Below are positions 53,807 to 58,356 of a stretch of 58,356 nucleotides of DNA, piece by piece. The first letter of the stretch is position 1. Each line of letters begins with the position of its first letter. This DNA comes from an uncultured Nitrospiraceae bacterium (GTDB lineage Bacteria > Nitrospirota > Thermodesulfovibrionia > UBA6902): assembly GCA_964347155.1 (NCBI GenBank), contig CAYFXR010000161.1, forward strand, positions 1 through 58,356, written 5' to 3'. A program made the position numbers and the translations under genes. The notes beneath the pieces were generated by a model. It was not told the origin of the DNA and made no database searches. It was given only the letters and a program-made list of their open reading frames with translations.

Positions 53807-54463
53807 TTAATTCCTCCTTTCTTCTATAGTTTGTATATCATTCAGGTGTACATTACTTCTACCATTTAACACAAGATATGTATCTCCGTTTTTGTAAACA
53901 ACACCTGTTACATCTCCTGAACTACTTGTCACTGTTTCAATCTGATTACCCGAGCTATCCAATGCTTCAATCTCGAAAATATATGTGCCTTCAGGCATTT
54001 TATTACCAAAGCTGTCTTTGCCATCCCATAAATAACTGTTGTTACCCGCTGTATGAGGACCGAGATTTTCTGATCGTATAAGCTTTCCCACTCCATTAAA
54101 AATTGATATCTCGACTGAAGCCGCTTCCTCCAAAAGTCCATAATGAATATATGCTGCATCTTCAAGATATGTGGTATTCCCTGGCACTTGCACCGTTTTT
54201 CCTATCAGATTTGTAACCGCTGCATTCTGCATCGAATGCTGAAATGCAAGTACCTCCTCAAGCGTATCGTTAATATTATTCAACTCTTCCAGAGAACTGA
54301 ATTGAGCAAGCTGGGCCGTAAATTCTGTGCTGTCCAGGGGATTCAAGGGGTCCTGATAACTTAATTGTTTAAGGAGGAGGTTCAGGAAATCTTCCTTGCC
54401 GAGAGATGGTTTTCCAGCAAATGTACTACCGCCATTCATGTTACTTATATCAAGTATATCCAT
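53807..54463 (-). CDS. flgD: flagellar hook assembly protein FlgD
   Basis: 218 aa with LGKEDFLNLLLKQLSYQDPLNPLDSTEFTAQLAQFSSLE. Confidence 0.93.
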   Translation of the reverse strand: MDILDISNMNGGSTFAGKPSLGKEDFLNLLLKQLSYQDPLNPLDSTEFTAQLAQFSSLEELNNINDTLEEVLAFQHSMQNAAVTNLIGKTVQVPGNTTYLEDAAYIHYGLLEEAASVEISIFNGVGKLIRSENLGPHTAGNNSYLWDGKDSFGNKMPEGTYIFEIEALDSSGNQIETVTSSSGDVTGVVYKNGDTYLVLNGRSNVHLNDIQTIEERRN

Positions 54464-54480
54464 ATTACCTCCTTATAAAA

Positions 54481-54537
54481 TATTAGTCATTAGTCATTGG
54501 TCAATAGTCAATGACTAGTGACCAGTGACTATTGACC
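54481..54537. repeat. heptanucleotide hairpin array (fliK/flgD junction)
   Basis: TAGTCAT TAGTCAT TGGTCAA TAGTCAA | TGACTAG TGACCAG TGACTAT TGACCCA. The two halves pair at about 23 of 27 positions. Confidence 0.85.
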
Positions 54538-54608
54538 CAGTGGTTGTCCTCTCTGTATCGGCAAATATTCATTTTTCATATATGCTTTTCATAAAACTTT
54601 TGAAATTA

Positions 54609-56279
54609 TCATACAAATATATTTACAAGGCCACTATTGTCTCTGTTGTCTCTCACATTTTCCGGACTCTGAATAAATTCTTTGTCCGGGCCGTTGTTGA
54701 CAATGAAAATATTACCTGGATTATCTTTATGATCCTTCAACGCTACAGAAAATCCACCAACACTGACGCCGTTCTTGGAAAGAGAATCGACTATGTACTG
54801 CATATTGTTCTCAATAAATTCCCTTATGGCTTTATCCGGTGTGTTAATGTGAACATTTACCAGACCTTTATCCATGCTAAGATTAATATTCAGTTTTCCA
54901 AGGTTTTCATTTTCAACAGTGACACCCAATCTGTTGTTTCCCTTTATCACATAAACTATGTTATCCAGTAATTCTTGAAAACCGGATGCCCTGGTAGCAC
55001 TTCCGGTAAATAGGCCTTCATTTGTTCTCACACCTTCATGTGTTATATGAGAATTGTTTAACAGGTTAACATTGTTATTGTCAGAATTAACGTTTACCGG
55101 TCTCACATGATAATTTCCATAATTCCTTAAAACCCCTTCACGGTTAAAATTCCCTGCAAATTCTGACATAATCTTGTTTGTCAAGGCCTTTTCGTTGTTG
55201 CCGCCTTCCTGGGAATCTAATTCTGCCATTTCTTCAAGAAATTGAGATTCTTTGGAATAATTTTGTTTAACATCGGTATTCTTATCTGTTTGATTAAATA
55301 GTTCTCTGGTTTCGGTTTTAGAATCGTTTGAATGTAAATTTACTGATTTTAACTGAGAGTTCATCAAATCTTCTTCAACACTGTCACCCTCTTCATTTCC
55401 GGAATCATTCGCTATATCAGACAATAAACTACCCATATGCAAACCGTTCTCTGACTTTGACAGACCGCTTTTGACCCACCTTGAATTTTCGCTGTTATGT
55501 ATTGAGTCACTCTGAGAGTCCGCGGATTTTATAAGATTACCGTTTAATAAATGAGATAATGAGACATCTGTTTGAGAACCATCCTCTTCACCTTCACTCG
55601 TTTGATTCCCTGATGGTTCTGATACCTTCCCGCTATTAGTAAGGAAATTATCATTTGATTCTTCAGAAGAACGGTTTAATAAATGAGATAACAAGTCATT
55701 ACCAGTCTCTTCGTTATTTCGTATTTCTTTATCATCAACAAGAGAATCGGCAATCAATTCTTCAGCATTTTCGTTTAACGATGCTAATAATAAGTCACTG
55801 GTTTTCAAATCTGTCTTTGTTCCTGAAAAATCCTGTGACTGTTTAGAGTCTTCAGTATCATTATCTGTTAAAGCTGCTTTGTTGCTATCATTTTGATTTT
55901 TATTTTCTTTACATTTATCTGATTTTTCTGATCTTCCGTCAAATTCCTCTGATCTGTTATCTTTGTTTTGATTATCATCCTCTTTCAATCTTTCTGATTG
56001 ATCTGATCTTCTTTTGACTTCTCTTGATCTGTCATTCCTGTTTTGAACGTCAATCTCTGTGTCTCTGTCTATTTGTTCCGGTCTTTCGTTTTTTCCCTCT
56101 GATCTTAAATTATTATATTTTTCTGATTCCCTGGCGATTGTCTCTGATCTGAAATTGTTGATCAGTGAGTCAAACATAAAGCTGTCATAGGCGGCTTTAC
56201 CATGGGAATTCAGATCAGACACTGTATTGAGTTGCCGGAAGCCATTTCCCTCATTCATTATGCTCAGAGAAAAATTCAT
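54609..56279 (-). CDS. fliK: flagellar hook-length control protein FliK
   Basis: C-terminal FliK-type domain (LGKLNINLSMDKGLVNVHINTPDKAIREFIENNMQYIVDSLSKNGVSVGGFSV) and a low-complexity acidic/Ser-rich centre. The start is moved to M17 because a sigma54 promoter occupies the first 16 codons of the ORF; M24 (56258) is also possible. Confidence 0.8.
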   Translation of the reverse strand: MNFSLSIMNEGNGFRQLNTVSDLNSHGKAAYDSFMFDSLINNFRSETIARESEKYNNLRSEGKNERPEQIDRDTEIDVQNRNDRSREVKRRSDQSERLKEDDNQNKDNRSEEFDGRSEKSDKCKENKNQNDSNKAALTDNDTEDSKQSQDFSGTKTDLKTSDLLLASLNENAEELIADSLVDDKEIRNNEETGNDLLSHLLNRSSEESNDNFLTNSGKVSEPSGNQTSEGEEDGSQTDVSLSHLLNGNLIKSADSQSDSIHNSENSRWVKSGLSKSENGLHMGSLLSDIANDSGNEEGDSVEEDLMNSQLKSVNLHSNDSKTETRELFNQTDKNTDVKQNYSKESQFLEEMAELDSQEGGNNEKALTNKIMSEFAGNFNREGVLRNYGNYHVRPVNVNSDNNNVNLLNNSHITHEGVRTNEGLFTGSATRASGFQELLDNIVYVIKGNNRLGVTVENENLGKLNINLSMDKGLVNVHINTPDKAIREFIENNMQYIVDSLSKNGVSVGGFSVALKDHKDNPGNIFIVNNGPDKEFIQSPENVRDNRDNSGLVNIFV

Positions 56280-56291
56280 GTCGATCATGAA

Positions 56292-56307
56292 AGCAAGAGC
56301 CGTGCCA
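56292..56307 (-). promoter_or_regulatory. sigma54-type promoter (TGGCAC-GGCTC-TTGCT) of fliK-flgD-flgE
   Basis: Minus-strand read TGGCACGGCTCTTGCT matches the consensus exactly. The -12 GC lies about 14 nt upstream of the ATG at 56279. Confidence 0.7.
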
Positions 56308-56449
56308 TTTGGTTTAAAAAAAAACAAAGTGCAGGTCTTTATTGAATATTGAATGATTGATAGTGATGATACCAGGTTGCAATAAAAGAATTTTTTTCTT
56401 TAACAGGAATTTTTTTCCTGTTTAAAGCGGGTATCCAGTAACAAAGGTC

Positions 56450-56476
56450 TGGATTCCCGATCGGGGTTGGGAATGA
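56450..56476 (-). repeat. GTCATTCC-type REP-like hairpin
   Basis: The minus strand reads GTCATTCCCAACCCCGATCGGGAATCC. Confidence 0.55.
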
Positions 56477-56597
56477 CGGTCTATCTTCGGGTCAATGACG
56501 GTAAAAGATAAATAAATATCTTAAAAGGACTTTTTCACAGCCTGATGTTGCCTGACTGCTATGCTTCTTTAAGATTCATTTTTATGTAGTATTTAGC

Positions 56598-56828
56598 TTA
56601 TTCCAATATTTCAAGAACACAACGCTTGCCGAGTTTATTACCGGCAGCACTGAGTATTGTTCTCATTGCTCGTGCAGTATTTCCACGCTTTCCGATAACC
56701 TTTCCAATATCACTTGGAGCAACGCGCAATTCTAAAACAGCGGTTCTTTCTCCGTCTACCTCGGCAACTGAAACTTCATCCGGCCTGTCTACCAGAGACT
56801 TTGCCATTTGTTCAATGAGTGATTTCAT
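56598..56828 (-). CDS. KH-domain RNA-binding protein (YlqC/UPF0109-like)
   Basis: 76 aa starting at MKSLIEQ, with SD GGAGGT 6 nt upstream. ...[25 protein letters not shown] (GxxG KH motif). Confidence 0.85.
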   Translation of the reverse strand: MKSLIEQMAKSLVDRPDEVSVAEVDGERTAVLELRVAPSDIGKVIGKRGNTARAMRTILSAAGNKLGKRCVLEILE

Positions 56829-56948
56829 GTCTACCTCCATTTGAATCTTGGTTGTTTTTTACATACCCGATATTTTCATCGGATACCATTTCTTCAAGTG
56901 CTGCTTTCGATTTCTTTTATCTCCTTACTAAAAAGGAGAATTCATCTA

Positions 56949-57130
56949 TTAACCCAAAAAATGCATTTCAAATAATGCAGGCTTTGTGAAAGAAATTATT
57001 TTTCGATACCTTAAACGCAATATTAATTGATGTAGTGTAAATATTTTTATTTAAAGATACATGCATAATTTAATAATAAATTCATCGAGTTAAATAATTT
57101 ATTGAGCAATGTCTGCATTATTTGGGTTAA
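56949..57130 (+). repeat. MITE/REP-like element, long form (copy H, 182 bp)
   Basis: TTAACCCAAAAAATGCATTTCAAATAATGCAGGC...CTGCATTATTTGGGTTAA, about 120 nt upstream of the KH gene. Confidence 0.85.
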
Positions 57131-57139
57131 CAAAAAAAT

Positions 57140-57165
57140 ACCACAAAGTTTAAAGCCCTTGTGGT
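57140..57165 (-). terminator. rho-independent terminator candidate
   Basis: The minus strand reads ACCACAA-GGGCTTTAAACT-TTGTGGT followed by ATTTTTTTG. Confidence 0.55.
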
Positions 57166-57484
57166 CTTATCAACAAAAACTCCAGAAACTTCATTTTAAT
57201 GATGACATCTTTTATATGAAAAAATCAAATACAAATTATCCCCATCTCTCATCTTACATTTGAAGTAAAGATTTAAAATTAATGATAACGGCAAGACATA
57301 TTGCTTTCAGAAAAATTATTCAAAATCACAATAATAAAAGAAAGGCATTAATTTTGTTCTGCAAATTACACCTGCTAACCCTCAGATTTAGAGAAGTGCA
57401 CGGTTATTGAAAACTCCTATTAAGTCAATGATGTGCAGAGGTTAAAATATTGTTGATTAGTGATTGAAAGCAAGCATGAACGAA

Positions 57485-57505
57485 GGGCCTGGAATAACCA
57501 GGCCC
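57485..57505 (-). terminator. GC-rich stem-loop after the hypothetical secreted-protein gene
   Basis: GGGCCTGG-AATAA-CCAGGCCC: perfect 8-bp stem 40 nt after the stop, with a weak U-tract. Confidence 0.45.
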
Positions 57506-57545
57506 CCTTCACCTTTTCAAGTGATTACGAAGTATCTATATACAT

Positions 57546-58088
57546 CTAGGGTTTAGGTCCTACTCGCCCTCCAGGGCCATCAGATGGACCTACAGGATTG
57601 CCTGGGTGCAAATCGTATTCAACCCAGTCACCTTCGTTGCCACAGTCTGCCACACTAGTTTGTGCAATGATAGCAACACCACATCCAGGAAAAACAGGGT
57701 CTATTCCTCCCGTCCGATCAAAATCCTCAGCCTCGTAGAGAACGTTATTCACCATGAAATAGTCAATAAATGCGTTTCTGTCCGTATCGGGGTTGCCTGG
57801 TATAAAAAAATCGTTAATAAAAGTCAAGCGTAAGATTCGAGTTGTCTTGGGGATTTCAACAGTCTGATCGGAAAAAGAATTATCGTCAGCATCCCAGGAA
57901 AGTATCGTATCAATTGTCAGGTTCCCTCTCACATCCCAGCCCTCAACGACAACGTCTACTGGTCCAGGTTTATCATTGATGCCGTTAATCACCAGTACCG
58001 CTTGGCTTGAGGCAAGAGCGAGTGAGGATCCAACGAAAAAGGCAATGGCGAGAATACAAACAAGAAATATATTTACTTCTCTCATCAT
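57546..58088 (-). CDS. secreted hypothetical protein (possible carbohydrate-binding-module-like fold)
   Basis: 180 aa with a signal peptide (LALASSQA) and a DTDRNAFIDYFMVNN motif reminiscent of Ca-dependent CBMs. Weak assignment. Confidence 0.55.
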   Translation of the reverse strand: MMREVNIFLVCILAIAFFVGSSLALASSQAVLVINGINDKPGPVDVVVEGWDVRGNLTIDTILSWDADDNSFSDQTVEIPKTTRILRLTFINDFFIPGNPDTDRNAFIDYFMVNNVLYEAEDFDRTGGIDPVFPGCGVAIIAQTSVADCGNEGDWVEYDLHPGNPVGPSDGPGGRVGPKP

Positions 58089-58121
58089 ATCTCACCTCCT
58101 TTCATAAGTCGATTTTGAAAC

Positions 58122-58167
58122 AAAAAAAAGCCGAATCCACCAAAGGTTTATCACTAGCAATTCGGCT
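58122..58167 (-). terminator. terminator-like hairpin with U-tract upstream of the hypothetical gene
   Basis: The minus strand reads AGCCGAAT-(23-nt loop)-ATTCGGCT followed by TTTTTTTT. The large loop lowers confidence. Confidence 0.35.
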
Positions 58168-58356
58168 ATCTTTAAAAGACTGTACACATTCTTCCCCAGA
58201 GAAAGTTTGCTTATAAGAAAACAGCTGTATTTATTACATTACTAAAGTATCTTTTAAATTTGTTAAAGCGGGGAAATCTTTAAAAATTATACCACTCAAT
58301 ACCCGAGTTGTCCAATTTGAAATATTTATAAATGCTATAAAAATCTCATATTTGCA

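Noticed and set aside
56280-56327. The N-terminal 16 codons of the longest fliK ORF (MFFFKPNGTALAFMID).
   Set aside because: The segment is occupied by a consensus sigma54 promoter and preceded by a poly-A/T run with no SD. It is more likely non-coding.
2032-57130. Whether the recurring 182-bp sequences could be a CRISPR array or integron attC sites.
   Set aside because: The copies are kilobases apart with genes between them, are far longer than CRISPR repeats, and no cas or intI genes are present. The end sequences do not fit the attC core sites (RYYYAAC/GTTRRRY), and the genes they flank are core flagellar genes rather than cassettes.

Overview
An AT-rich bacterial chromosomal window (by eye about one-third G+C) with no rRNA, tRNA or CRISPR array. 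Most of it is motility genes. On the minus strand: flgM-flgN-flgK-flgL-csrA-fliW, fliC-flaG-fliD-fliS, a Maf-type flagellin glycosyltransferase, a second fliS and two radical SAM genes; then flgF-flgG-flgA-flgH-flgI-flgJ(rod-binding); then fliL-fliM-fliN-fliO-fliP-fliQ-fliR-flhB-flhA-flhF-flhG-fliA; and fliK-flgD-flgE at the far end. On the plus strand there is a chemotaxis operon (HEAT-repeat protein, cheR, two cheY-type receivers, cheA, an MCP, cheW, cheB), two GGDEF diguanylate cyclases, a small Cys-rich 'two-CW'-like protein, and a substrate-binding-protein/histidine-kinase pair. Promoter reading by eye gives six sigma54-type (TGGCAY-N5-TTGCT) and six sigma28-type (TAAAG-N14/15-GCCGATAA-like) promoters; two sigma54 sites sit almost on top of start codons. 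Four observations stand out. (1) A compact RiPP-like locus, not visible in the ORF track: TonB-dependent receptor, an unannotated 33-aa Cys-Cys peptide ORF with a strong SD, a radical SAM/SPASM maturase with an N-terminal extension, a half-size MFS and a LuxR-type response regulator. (2) A dense MITE/REP-like family (182-bp long form, 78-88-bp short form, terminal inverted repeats TTAACCCAAAWAATGCA) with at least 8 copies, all in one orientation. Two copies lie inside 5' leaders downstream of sigma54 promoters, and one supplies the stop codon of the Maf gene. (3) Heptanucleotide-periodic, often hairpin-forming spacer arrays at cistron junctions of the flagellar operons, resembling cyanobacterial STRR repeats. 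(4) Sigma28-type promoters in front of both diguanylate cyclases and the two-CW gene. All functional calls come from motif and family recognition by eye; nothing was searched or computed.
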